Below, one piece after another: positions 27,573 to 36,931 of a DNA stretch of 39,685 bases. Below the pieces are notes generated by a model. That model worked only from the letters and a program-made list of their open reading frames with translations. It did not search any database and was not told the origin of the DNA. The DNA is from a virus. Its lineage: Duplodnaviria; Caudoviricetes. The first letter of the stretch is position 1, and each line of letters opens with the position of its first letter. The stretch spans positions 1 to 39,685 of IMG/VR virus record IMGVR_UViG_3300017912_000212. One strand, given 5' to 3'. Made by a program: the position numbers and the translations under genes.

Positions 27573-27600
27573 TTGACAAATAAAAAGTTAACAGTATAAC
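27573..27600 (+). promoter_or_regulatory. sigma70-type promoter for the capsid gene
   Basis: TTGACA-N16-TATAAC. Confidence 0.75.
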
Positions 27601-27795
27601 TAAAGACATATGACAGAAGCCTCGAAAGACTACCTTCTGTCAAGTCTATTTCTAAAAAGTCTAAACGAATAAGAATTACCTGTTCAAGTACAGGCCCAAG
27701 TATTATTAGCTACAATACTTGCACCCTAGAAAAAGAACGGCCCCTTGTAGGTGTTTAGCTTTCTAACCAAAGCCAAATATCAGGAGGATTTTATC

Positions 27796-28869
27796 ATGGC
27801 TTTTACATCCGCAGGTGGACACGGTAATCTACCTAACGGTAACTTTTCCTCTGTAATTTATTCTAAAAAAGTGCAACTTGGTCTGCGTAAGACTACTGTT
27901 GTAGGTGACATCACCAACTCAGAATATTTCGGAGAGATTGCCGCCCAAGGGGATACCGTCCGCATTATTAAAGAACCTGAGATTTCAGTGGCATCATATG
28001 CCCGTGGAACTCAGATCACACCACAAGATCTTGATGACGAGGATTTTTCTCTTGTTATCGACAAAAGTAACTACTTTGCTTTTAAAGTCGATGATATTGA
28101 GGAAGCTCACTCACACGTCAACTTTATGGATCTTGCAACAGATCGTGCAGCATATCGGTTGGCTGACCAGTATGACCAAGAAGTTCTTGGGTATTTGTCT
28201 GGTTACTCACAGTCATCTTTGCACTCACAAGCAGACACAGTAAACACTACCGTAAACGGTACTAAAGCTGTTTCAACTGCTGGTTCAGATGAATTGCTTT
28301 CAAGCATGAAACTAAACAAAGGTGACTTTGGAAACATCACAACAGCTTCTGCTGGTGATCACTCCATTCCACTTGCAGCACGTTTGCCAGGTGCAACTGC
28401 ACTTCCAACTGCTACAGCTTCACCAGCAATGGTTGTTGCTCGTATGGCTCGTTTGCTTGATCAACAACAAGTAGACAAGACAGATCGTTGGCTTGTAGTT
28501 GACCCAGTATTTATGGAACTTCTTGCTGATGAAGATTCACGATTCTTCAACGCAGATTTCGGTGAATCAGGGGGTATTCGCAATGGGCTTTCTGTTGCAA
28601 ACTTTCACGGTTTCCGTGTCTACTCATCTAGCAATTTGCCATCTGTAGGTACAGGTCCAGGTACAACTGGTTCTGCAAACCAAAACAGTAACTATGGTGT
28701 TATTGTTGCTGGTCATTCGTCTGCTGTTGCTACTGCAGAGCAGATTAACAAAACAGAAACATATCGTGATCCTGACAGCTTTGCTGACATTGTTCGTGGT
28801 ATGCATCTATACGGTCGTAAGATTCTTCGCCCAGAAGCAATTGTTACTGCCAAGTATAACGCAGCGTAA
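27796..28869 (+). CDS. Major capsid protein (357 aa)
   Basis: ATG 27796 with AGGAGG; GDTVRII, FKVDDIE, DIVRGMHLYGRKILRPEA. Confidence 0.92.
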   Translation: MAFTSAGGHGNLPNGNFSSVIYSKKVQLGLRKTTVVGDITNSEYFGEIAAQGDTVRIIKEPEISVASYARGTQITPQDLDDEDFSLVIDKSNYFAFKVDDIEEAHSHVNFMDLATDRAAYRLADQYDQEVLGYLSGYSQSSLHSQADTVNTTVNGTKAVSTAGSDELLSSMKLNKGDFGNITTASAGDHSIPLAARLPGATALPTATASPAMVVARMARLLDQQQVDKTDRWLVVDPVFMELLADEDSRFFNADFGESGGIRNGLSVANFHGFRVYSSSNLPSVGTGPGTTGSANQNSNYGVIVAGHSSAVATAEQINKTETYRDPDSFADIVRGMHLYGRKILRPEAIVTAKYNAA

Positions 28870-28883
28870 GGGGAGATTAGACA

Positions 28884-29285
28884 ATGACTCTAAGTGGTAT
28901 TCGTAAAATCTCAGTAGAACTAAATGCTACAGATCTATCATCTGGTGCAAACACAGTTGCTACATTTCCAGCGCAAACAGTTATTCTAGCTGCTGGCGTT
29001 GAAGTCACAGAAGCACTGGCTGGTGCAACTGCCTTGACATTCGACATTGGTACAGGTCTTGATGACGATGAGTTTGTTGCAGCATATGCAATGGCCTCTA
29101 AGTCAGCAGGTGACGTTGCCCCATCCCTACCAGGGATTGCATACGTTGGTGCAGAAGACACTCTTGACCTAACTGTTGACACCTTGACAGGTACAGCTAC
29201 TGCAGGTAAACTGCGTGTATGGGCCTTGGTCATGGATGTTGATGGTAAAGGTGCAGCAGAAGTAGATCGTGATCTGCTTGCATAA
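28884..29285 (+). CDS. Capsid decoration / minor structural protein (133 aa)
   Basis: Directly after the capsid gene; Ala/Thr-rich beta protein; GGGAG SD. Confidence 0.65.
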   Translation: MTLSGIRKISVELNATDLSSGANTVATFPAQTVILAAGVEVTEALAGATALTFDIGTGLDDDEFVAAYAMASKSAGDVAPSLPGIAYVGAEDTLDLTVDTLTGTATAGKLRVWALVMDVDGKGAAEVDRDLLA

Positions 29286-29294
29286 ACAATCTTT

Positions 29295-29317
29295 GGGGCT
29301 GGCTAAATGCTGGCCCC
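29295..29317 (+). terminator. GC-rich hairpin after the capsid operon (weak U tract)
   Basis: GGGGCTGGC-TAAAT-GCTGGCCCC: 9-bp stem with 2 GU pairs. Confidence 0.5.
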
Positions 29318-29345
29318 ATTGCACTTATTAAAAAGGAACACCTTT

Positions 29346-29783
29346 ATGGCAATTACTACAGCAATGTGCAACAGCTTCAAGCAAGAGCTTCTTGGAGGTG
29401 TTCATGATTTAGATACAGATAGTTTAAAAGTAGCTCTAATTAAAGCTTCTCCCACTGGTACATACGGTGCGGCAACAACTAATTACTCAGATGTAACAGG
29501 TAATTCAGATGAAGCATCGGGTACTAATTATACTGCAGGTGGTCAAGTTCTTGACTCTGCTACCATTACCTTATCTGGTTCAACAGCTTTTGTTGATTTT
29601 GCAGATGAAGTTTTTTCTAACTTGACTATTTCTGCAGATGGAGCTATTATTTACAACAGTTCACAATCTAATAAAGCTATTGCAGTGTTTGACTTTGGAT
29701 CTACGGTAAGTTCTACTTCTGGTGATTTTACTATTGTATTTCCCGATGCTGACGCATCAAACGCAGTTATTCGAATTAGCTAG
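29346..29783 (+). CDS. Virion structural protein (145 aa)
   Basis: Start MAITTAMCNSFKQELL; NYTAGG, DFAD, GDFTI motifs. Confidence 0.75.
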   Translation: MAITTAMCNSFKQELLGGVHDLDTDSLKVALIKASPTGTYGAATTNYSDVTGNSDEASGTNYTAGGQVLDSATITLSGSTAFVDFADEVFSNLTISADGAIIYNSSQSNKAIAVFDFGSTVSSTSGDFTIVFPDADASNAVIRIS

Positions 29784-29797
29784 TAAGGATATAAACA

Positions 29798-32700
29798 GTG
29801 GCGTTTATATTAAAAGACCGTGTTAAAGAAACTACGACTAGTACAGGTACAGGTGCTATAAGTTTAGCTGGTGCTACTGATACATTTGACAGGTTTCAAG
29901 ACTATATGTCAAATGCAGATACCACGTACTATGCTATTATTCACACTGGTTCTGGGGTAGATGAGTGGGAAGTAGGTTTAGCTACTTGGAACACTGGTAA
30001 TACTCTTACACGCACAACTGTTCTTTCTGGTTCTAATGGAACCTCTGCTGTAAATTTTTCTGCTGGTACTAAAAATGTGTTTATGACATATCCAGCAGAT
30101 AAAGCTGTTATTGAAGATGCAAGTAATAATATTACTGTTGGTAATAATATTGTTGTTGGTGGTACTGTAGATGGTCGTGACATTGCTACAGATGGTAGTA
30201 AACTAGATGGTATTGAATCTGGGGCTACTGCAGATCAAACTGCTGCTGAAATTAGAACATTAGTTGAATCTGCAAGCGACAGTAACGTATTTACAGATGC
30301 AGATCATACAAAGCTTAACAATATTGAAGCTGGAGCAGAGGTAAACGATCCTGCTTTTAAAACAATTTCAGTATCAGGGCAGTCAAATGTAGTTGCGGAT
30401 GCTGACGCAGATACACTTACTCTTGCGGCTGGTTCTAATGTTACAATCACAACCAATGCAAGTACAGACACAGTTACTATTGCTTCAACGGACACCAATA
30501 CGGTTCCTAACAATGCTACGATTACAATATCTGCTGGAAATGCTCTCACTGGTGGTGGTAATTTTACAACAGACCAATCGTCAAATGAAACAATTACAAT
30601 TAATCACCAGGATACTTCTACTCAAGCTTCTGTAAACAATAGTGGAAGAACCTATATTCAAGATATTACGTTAGACACGTATGGTCACGTTACGGGAATA
30701 TCTTCTGCAACAGAAACGGTTACTGACACCAACACGAATCAACTTACTACTTTTGTACTTGAAGATGGCGACGGTACAGAGGTCACGATCAGCCACGGCA
30801 AGGAAGTTAAGTTTGTTGAGGGTGGTGGTATTGATATTAACTGGACAGATACCTCAACTGGTTCTGATGGTGATCCATACGATCTAACTTTTACTCACGC
30901 AGATACATCTTCACAAGCATCTTTAAACAATAGTAATGGCACTGTTATTCAGGATGTAACTCTTGATGGTTATGGTCACGTTACAGCTTTAGGTACTGTT
31001 AATCTTGACAGTCGTTATTATACAGAAACAGAAGCTGACTCAAGATTTTTATTAGACAGTGAACTTACTGATTTAGCTGCAGTAAAAGCTATAGATCAAG
31101 GCTTAACTACATCTTCAAATGTTCAGTTTAATAATATTACTGTTGATGGTAATCTTACTGTAGGTGGTACAACTACTACAATTAATAGTACAACTGTTAC
31201 GGTTGATGATCCCATATTTACTTTGGGTGGTGATACAGCACCAGCATCAGATGATAACAAAGACCGTGGTATAGAGTTCCGTTGGCACAATGGTTCAGCA
31301 GCTAAAATAGGTTTCTTTGGTTTTGATGACAGTGTACAAAAGTTTACCTTTATTCCTGATGCAACAAATACAAGTGAAGTGTTTACGGGTACTGCAGGTA
31401 CTATTGTAGCTGACTTAGAAGGTGATGTTACAGGAACAATTCAAACTGCAGCCCAAACTAATATTACATCTTTGGGTACTTTATCTTCATTAAGTGTTAC
31501 TAATAACATTACAGTTGGAGGAACTGTTGATGGTAGAGATATTGCAACGGATGGAACAAAGCTGGATGGGATCGAAGCTAGTGCGGATGTAACCGATGCG
31601 ACAAACGTAGCGGCGGCGGGCGCACTTATGGATAGTGAAGTTACTAACCTTGCGCAAGTAAAAGCTTTTGATAGTTCGGACTATGCTACGGCTGCACAAG
31701 GTACTACGGCTGATGCTGCAATGCCTAAGACTGGGGGTACGTTTACAGGTGCTGTGACTCTTCTTAACACTGGAGCTGGCTCAGGTATTTCACCCTATCT
31801 AAATTTAAAAAGAGATAGCTCAAGCCCTGCGGCAAATGACTATTTAGGGGCGTTAAGGTTTTTAGGTGAAGATGGGGCGTCAAACGAGACAGTTTATACT
31901 TCGCTTGTAGGTAGAATTACTGACGCTACAAGTGGGTCTGAAGATGGTCGCCTTGATATCTACCAAGCAACAGCAGGAGCAGGCACGCTAACGTATGTTT
32001 TGCGTAACAATAAATTACAGCTTAATAACGAGCAGACGATAGAATGGACTAGCCACGGCGGCACTATCTATGAGGTTACACTGGCTGCTGCTACCCCATC
32101 AACCGACCGCACAATTACTTTGCCTGACGCAACTGGTACAGTTGCAATTACTGGTGCGGCACAGAATGTAGACTTTGGCACTGTCACGGCTGATGGGCTG
32201 ACGACTGGCGGTAATATTTTCTTTGATAGCACTTCTGGGGCATTACGCTTCAGAACTACAGAAGGAATTGAAAAGGCAACCGCACGCCTTGCGACTAATG
32301 ACCTAAAAATCGAAACTAGCGGTCTTGCAAGAACATTGTTTGCAGCTAACGGCGACATCAGCTTCTACGAGGACACAGGCACCACGGCAAAGTTCTTCTG
32401 GGATGCGAGTGCTGAGGCACTTGGCTTAGGCACTACAAGCCCTACTAATGGCAAGATAGAAATATCAAATTCCACTGATGGTTATGAGAGCATCCGTGTT
32501 AGTGATAGCCGTGCAACTCCCTCTGCAAACAAGCGCACTATGGACTTGCGCTATACAGGGACAAACGGACGCACGGCATCAAATACGCAGATGCTATATT
32601 TGTATGATAGTAATGCAAGCTCTACTCAGCCGTTTATTCAAGTAGACGGAAGTAGCAGCACACATCTTGTGCTGGACAGCAGCGGTAATGTTGGGATTAA

Positions 32701-33724
32701 TGAAAGCGATCCTTCGTTTAAGCTTGATGTTGAACAGTTTGGTGGCGATGCAATCAGAATAAACGCAGGTAATGATTTTTCTGGTTTGCGTTTGACAAGC
32801 ACGTCTGGTTCGTGGTCATTAAGAACATCAACGGCAGATGCTATGATTTTCTATGATGTATCTTCTGCCAGCGAACGCATGCGCATCGACAGCAGTGGTA
32901 ATGTTGGGATTGGGACGAGTTCTATTGCTGCAAAAGTACACATTGAAAGTGCATCAGCGTCAATAACCCCTTCTGTTCATGCCGATGAATTGCTTGTAGA
33001 AGGTTCTGGAAACTCAGGTATTACAATTGGTAGTGGAACATCTTCTGAAGGAAGCTTGCGTTTTGCTGATAGTGGTGGCGATAGTCGTGGTCAAGTAAAC
33101 TATAGCCACTCTAATGACAGTTTAAGGTTTTATACAGCAGACAGTTTAGCCGCAACCATCGACAGCAGCGGTAACTTGCTGGTGGGTAAGACTTCTGCGG
33201 ACAATACAACAGCAGGTGGCTCAATCTTTGCTGGTGTTTCCTCATTTGTAAATGATGGTGCAAGAGCATTAACACTTGTTCGTAACACATCGGATGGTGA
33301 CCTCGTGGAGTTCCGCAAAGGCAGCACCACTGTGGGGAGTATTGGGACTAGTGCAGGTAATTCTATTTATGTTGGTACTAGTAATGTTGGCGTAAGATTT
33401 TCTAACGTAAATGATGCTATTTACCCTATGACAACTAGTGGTGTTAACCGAGATGCTGCGACTGATTTGGGGATTTCTAGTGTACGCTTCAAAGACCTCT
33501 ACCTCTCTGGAACTGCAACTGCAAACTCGTTTTCTGGCGATGGTTCTTCTTTGACAGGTATATCAGCATCTGCAGAGGATGGTATTTTCTGGGAAAACGA
33601 TCAGGCGGTAACAAGCAACTACACCATCACAAATAACAAAAACGCCATGAGCGCAGGGCCAATTACAATCAACAGCGGCGTCACAGTCACGGTTGGTGAT
33701 GGTGAGGCATGGACGGTGGTGTAA
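29798..33724 (+). CDS. Long tail fibre protein (1308 aa)
   Basis: DRVKET N-terminal anchor, KLDGIE repeats, RMRIDSSGNVGIG repeats, C-terminal NAMSAGPITI..WTVV. Confidence 0.9.
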   Translation: MAFILKDRVKETTTSTGTGAISLAGATDTFDRFQDYMSNADTTYYAIIHTGSGVDEWEVGLATWNTGNTLTRTTVLSGSNGTSAVNFSAGTKNVFMTYPADKAVIEDASNNITVGNNIVVGGTVDGRDIATDGSKLDGIESGATADQTAAEIRTLVESASDSNVFTDADHTKLNNIEAGAEVNDPAFKTISVSGQSNVVADADADTLTLAAGSNVTITTNASTDTVTIASTDTNTVPNNATITISAGNALTGGGNFTTDQSSNETITINHQDTSTQASVNNSGRTYIQDITLDTYGHVTGISSATETVTDTNTNQLTTFVLEDGDGTEVTISHGKEVKFVEGGGIDINWTDTSTGSDGDPYDLTFTHADTSSQASLNNSNGTVIQDVTLDGYGHVTALGTVNLDSRYYTETEADSRFLLDSELTDLAAVKAIDQGLTTSSNVQFNNITVDGNLTVGGTTTTINSTTVTVDDPIFTLGGDTAPASDDNKDRGIEFRWHNGSAAKIGFFGFDDSVQKFTFIPDATNTSEVFTGTAGTIVADLEGDVTGTIQTAAQTNITSLGTLSSLSVTNNITVGGTVDGRDIATDGTKLDGIEASADVTDATNVAAAGALMDSEVTNLAQVKAFDSSDYATAAQGTTADAAMPKTGGTFTGAVTLLNTGAGSGISPYLNLKRDSSSPAANDYLGALRFLGEDGASNETVYTSLVGRITDATSGSEDGRLDIYQATAGAGTLTYVLRNNKLQLNNEQTIEWTSHGGTIYEVTLAAATPSTDRTITLPDATGTVAITGAAQNVDFGTVTADGLTTGGNIFFDSTSGALRFRTTEGIEKATARLATNDLKIETSGLARTLFAANGDISFYEDTGTTAKFFWDASAEALGLGTTSPTNGKIEISNSTDGYESIRVSDSRATPSANKRTMDLRYTGTNGRTASNTQMLYLYDSNASSTQPFIQVDGSSSTHLVLDSSGNVGINESDPSFKLDVEQFGGDAIRINAGNDFSGLRLTSTSGSWSLRTSTADAMIFYDVSSASERMRIDSSGNVGIGTSSIAAKVHIESASASITPSVHADELLVEGSGNSGITIGSGTSSEGSLRFADSGGDSRGQVNYSHSNDSLRFYTADSLAATIDSSGNLLVGKTSADNTTAGGSIFAGVSSFVNDGARALTLVRNTSDGDLVEFRKGSTTVGSIGTSAGNSIYVGTSNVGVRFSNVNDAIYPMTTSGVNRDAATDLGISSVRFKDLYLSGTATANSFSGDGSSLTGISASAEDGIFWENDQAVTSNYTITNNKNAMSAGPITINSGVTVTVGDGEAWTVV

Positions 33725-33948
33725 TGGCAGAGATGCACCTTTCATCTGACTTTGGCTTGCAGTGGGGCAACGTCACAATCACCCCGAGCGAACTTGCACA
33801 GAACATACTTGGCATTGACCTTGTTGATGGTCTGCTTGTGTTTGACGGAGTGAAGGTCGTCAATGATCCAGACAGAGAATACATTACCGACAGTCGTGGT
33901 GACAGGTACATGCTGGTTGATCTTGTTGAAAGGATTTTAGGTAAATGA
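33724..33948 (+). CDS. Hypothetical tail-module protein (74 aa)
   Basis: TAATG coupling to the fibre gene. Confidence 0.6.
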   Translation: MAEMHLSSDFGLQWGNVTITPSELAQNILGIDLVDGLLVFDGVKVVNDPDREYITDSRGDRYMLVDLVERILGK

Positions 33949-34307
33949 GTACGCTTAAAGTAAATACGTTAGAAGAAGCAACGTCAGGCGGTGCAACTTA
34001 TTTTACAGCAAAGGCTTGGGGAACTTTCACTGGAACAGCTACTACGCCCGTTATGAATGACGCTGGAAATTTCTCTAGTAGTATCACGGACAGCGGTACA
34101 GGTCTGTATTCTGTTACATTTACCAATTCTTTAGCGGATGTAAACTATGTTGTAACTTTAGGTGGAACAAGAACAGACAGCAGTACGTCTATTTGGGGTA
34201 TGCGAGAATCGTATAGTCGCACTACGTCTGGTTTCTCTATTAAAACCATGAAGTCCGACACAACTTCAGTAGACCATACAGTAGTTTCTATAGCAGTAGT
34301 TAAATGA
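33945..34307 (+). CDS. Small tail-fibre distal subunit, paralogue 1
   Basis: MSTLKVNTL..AKAW...SITDSGTG.Y.VTFTN...NY. Confidence 0.7.
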   Translation: MSTLKVNTLEEATSGGATYFTAKAWGTFTGTATTPVMNDAGNFSSSITDSGTGLYSVTFTNSLADVNYVVTLGGTRTDSSTSIWGMRESYSRTTSGFSIKTMKSDTTSVDHTVVSIAVVK

Positions 34308-34714
34308 CAAGGAATAAAGAGGTGGCAAAATACCGTGTAATATTCGATGACCCAGACCATCTTGATGAACCCACCAAGGTTCTAGTGCCAAGTCAAAACT
34401 GGCTTGATATGGCAATGTCTGGCGGTCTGCCCCCGATTTGGGTTTATTGGCAGCTTCAAGACGACGAGCAGAAGGCTATCGCAGAAGGGCGTCACAAAGA
34501 GTTTAAGCACGATCCTGAGAAACATGCTTTGCAATTTACAGCCCCAAGGATTGGCCCCCTCACAGAAGAGGAAGCAATGGAATATCTGGTAATGAAAGAC
34601 TTGCCACGGCGTTGTTGGGCAGAGGAACACAACAGGCCCATGTTTAAGATTGTGAGGACAGAGCAAGTACCGTCTGATCGACAATTCCGCAACGCTTGGG
34701 AGATGGTAGCATGA
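34304..34714 (+). CDS. Tail-fibre assembly-associated protein (136 aa)
   Basis: MKDLP....VPSDRQFRNAW motif; coupled to neighbours. Confidence 0.65.
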   Translation: MTRNKEVAKYRVIFDDPDHLDEPTKVLVPSQNWLDMAMSGGLPPIWVYWQLQDDEQKAIAEGRHKEFKHDPEKHALQFTAPRIGPLTEEEAMEYLVMKDLPRRCWAEEHNRPMFKIVRTEQVPSDRQFRNAWEMVA

Positions 34715-35121
34715 GTACATTAAAAGCAGACACACTTCAGGACACAAGCGGTAATGAGTTTTATCAAGCAAGCCAAAGTATATTAAAAGTAGACACACTT
34801 CAGGACACAAGCGGTAATGAGTTTTATCAAGCAAGAGTTTGGAATGTTTGGAACCAAGTTGGTACTCAAGCCATTACTGCTAGTGGAAACGTATCTTCAA
34901 TTACGGATAACGCCATAGCAGAAACGACGACCACTTTCGCCAATAGTTTAAGCAGCGCAAACTATGCTGTTGCATGTGGGGCGGGAGAAAGTTCATCTGA
35001 CCCACATCGAAAAATAGGGGTTTATAATACTATGACAACTAGTACGGTCAGAACTGACACAGTGTATCGTGGCAACGAAAGCAACGATTCCGAATATAAC
35101 TCTATTACGATAACGCTTTAG
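34711..35121 (+). CDS. Small tail-fibre distal subunit, paralogue 2
   Basis: MSTLKADTL..ARVW..NVSSITDN...FAN...NY; ATGA coupling at 34711. Confidence 0.7.
   Translation: MSTLKADTLQDTSGNEFYQASQSILKVDTLQDTSGNEFYQARVWNVWNQVGTQAITASGNVSSITDNAIAETTTTFANSLSSANYAVACGAGESSSDPHRKIGVYNTMTTSTVRTDTVYRGNESNDSEYNSITITL
34714..34835 (+). repeat. Tandem duplication with 63-bp period
   Basis: 34714-34772 and 34777-34835 match at 57 of 59 nt. Confidence 0.95.
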
Positions 35122-35131
35122 GAGTAATTCT

Positions 35132-35491
35132 ATGACACAAACATTTATAGATATAGGCGGGACATCCTATAATTCCGCAGATTACCAAATTCCAGCGGAG
35201 CGCACGTTTCGTGATGGTTGGGAAGCAAATGATAATACAAACGTAATCAGTGTCAACATGGCGAAGGCCAAGGACATTTGGCGTGATAAAATACGTGCAG
35301 CAAGAGAGGAGTCTCTCAAAGCGCTGGACACGGCATATATGAAGGCTTTGGAAAGCGGATCAAGCACAACGCAGATTATCGCTGACAAACAAGCATTGCG
35401 TGACGCCCCTGCGCTGGCAAGCATTGACGCTGCAACAACACCAGACGAGCTTAAAGCTATACAGCCTATTCCTAACGTCACGATAGAGTAA
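35132..35491 (+). CDS. Tail-fibre assembly chaperone-like protein
   Basis: IRAARE..L..LD...KQALRDAP motif. Confidence 0.7.
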   Translation: MTQTFIDIGGTSYNSADYQIPAERTFRDGWEANDNTNVISVNMAKAKDIWRDKIRAAREESLKALDTAYMKALESGSSTTQIIADKQALRDAPALASIDAATTPDELKAIQPIPNVTIE

Positions 35492-35492
35492 A

Positions 35493-36515
35493 ATGACAAA
35501 TATTGTTTTGGGTAACAGCGCAACTTTCGGGACAAAAACCAGTAATGCTGCAGATCTTGCTACTGCGTTTGGAAGCAATAATGCAAGTGCATCATCTGGT
35601 GCGTTGACGCTTAAAAACCGTATAAGAATAGATAATTCTGATGCCAATAATCCTAAAGTTGTGTATGCGGATGAATCAACCATGGGTATGGGTGGAAGTC
35701 GAACGATTTCATCTAATACGGAAGGCCCAATAATTGCTGGTGGTCTATTTGGGGAAGATATTACAGTTAATTCAAATGTTTATCTTTATTCGGACGACCC
35801 TGCTCAGGCTGCTATAATTTTTACTGGTAGTGGCAGTGTTACCAATAACGGTTATATTATGGGTAGAGGAGGCAATGGTGCTAATGGCACAGGAGGATCA
35901 CACGGCTCAACTGCTCCTGGAACAGCAGTAGCTGGAAACTCTGGCGGTCCTGCTATAACTGTGAACGCTGGAGGCGTTACAATTACAAATAACTCTGGTG
36001 CATTTATTGCAGGTGGCGGCGGTGGTGGCGGGTCAGGCCATATAACTGCTGGTGGTGGAGGTGGTGCTGGCGGCGGTGCTGGTGGAACCGCAACGACTTG
36101 GGCAGGAAATCATTCAACTGTTGGGGGAGCAGTCGGTCAACAAGGCAATTCTGACTCTGCGTATGCAGAAGATAACGATGGCGGTGCTGGCGGAGGCGGA
36201 GCTGCAATAAGACCTCATAGATCAAACGGTCAAGGAGGCGCAGGAGGATCTGGAGGTAGAATACTTCCTGGTACTGCTGGCACTGGTGGTCTTTCTTCTG
36301 GATCAGGTTCCTTTCAAGGTGGTAATGGTGGTTCTGCTGGCAATGCTGGTTCAAGTGGTCAAAAATTTGGCACTACATATGCAGCAGGTGGCGGTGGAGG
36401 CGGCTGGGGTGCTTCTGGTGGAAGTAGTTTGGGTTCAGGTGGGTCTGGAGGTGCAGCTATTGCAGGTATGTCAAGGACTCTTACTAATAATGGTACAATC
36501 TATGGAAGTACGTAG
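35493..36515 (+). CDS. Glycine-rich receptor-binding adhesin (T-even gp38-like)
   Basis: TNNGYIMGRGGNG, GGPAI, IAGGGGGGG, multiple polyglycine tracts, C-terminal NNGTIYG. Confidence 0.75.
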   Translation: MTNIVLGNSATFGTKTSNAADLATAFGSNNASASSGALTLKNRIRIDNSDANNPKVVYADESTMGMGGSRTISSNTEGPIIAGGLFGEDITVNSNVYLYSDDPAQAAIIFTGSGSVTNNGYIMGRGGNGANGTGGSHGSTAPGTAVAGNSGGPAITVNAGGVTITNNSGAFIAGGGGGGGSGHITAGGGGGAGGGAGGTATTWAGNHSTVGGAVGQQGNSDSAYAEDNDGGAGGGGAAIRPHRSNGQGGAGGSGGRILPGTAGTGGLSSGSGSFQGGNGGSAGNAGSSGQKFGTTYAAGGGGGGWGASGGSSLGSGGSGGAAIAGMSRTLTNNGTIYGST

Positions 36516-36517
36516 AT

Positions 36518-36919
36518 ATGACTACAGAAACAAAATACTGGTATAATAATACAACATATCAAACATTAAGTGAAGCTAGGACTATAGGGCAAGCTCATTT
36601 AACTTGGCTTTCACAAAACCCCAGAGAGCATATGCAGGTAAAGGCAGTTACAAAGACAGGCCCAAACACCTACAGCATGGACGGTGGAGATGGTTTAACT
36701 AACTCAGAGATATTAGCAAACCCTGAAGGTGTATTTCTATGCTCTGGCGAAGTCGATGGGGCATTGAAAGAAGTTACGGATTTAGCCTTGGAAGTTCAAG
36801 AAAGTAAAACACGTTGGATAGACCACAACGGTTTAGCAAATGTTGTTGAGTATACAATAACCACCAATGAGGACGGAACGGAGACGTATACTGAAACACT
36901 TCATTCGGTATCTGGATAA
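36518..36919 (+). CDS. Hypothetical protein (133 aa)
   Basis: In-operon ORF following the adhesin. Confidence 0.7.
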   Translation: MTTETKYWYNNTTYQTLSEARTIGQAHLTWLSQNPREHMQVKAVTKTGPNTYSMDGGDGLTNSEILANPEGVFLCSGEVDGALKEVTDLALEVQESKTRWIDHNGLANVVEYTITTNEDGTETYTETLHSVSG

Positions 36920-36931
36920 GGAGGTAAATAA

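Noticed and set aside
34714-34835. Diversity-generating retroelement TR/VR pair
   Set aside because: Copies are adjacent and in frame, differences are C/T rather than at adenines, and no reverse transcriptase is present.
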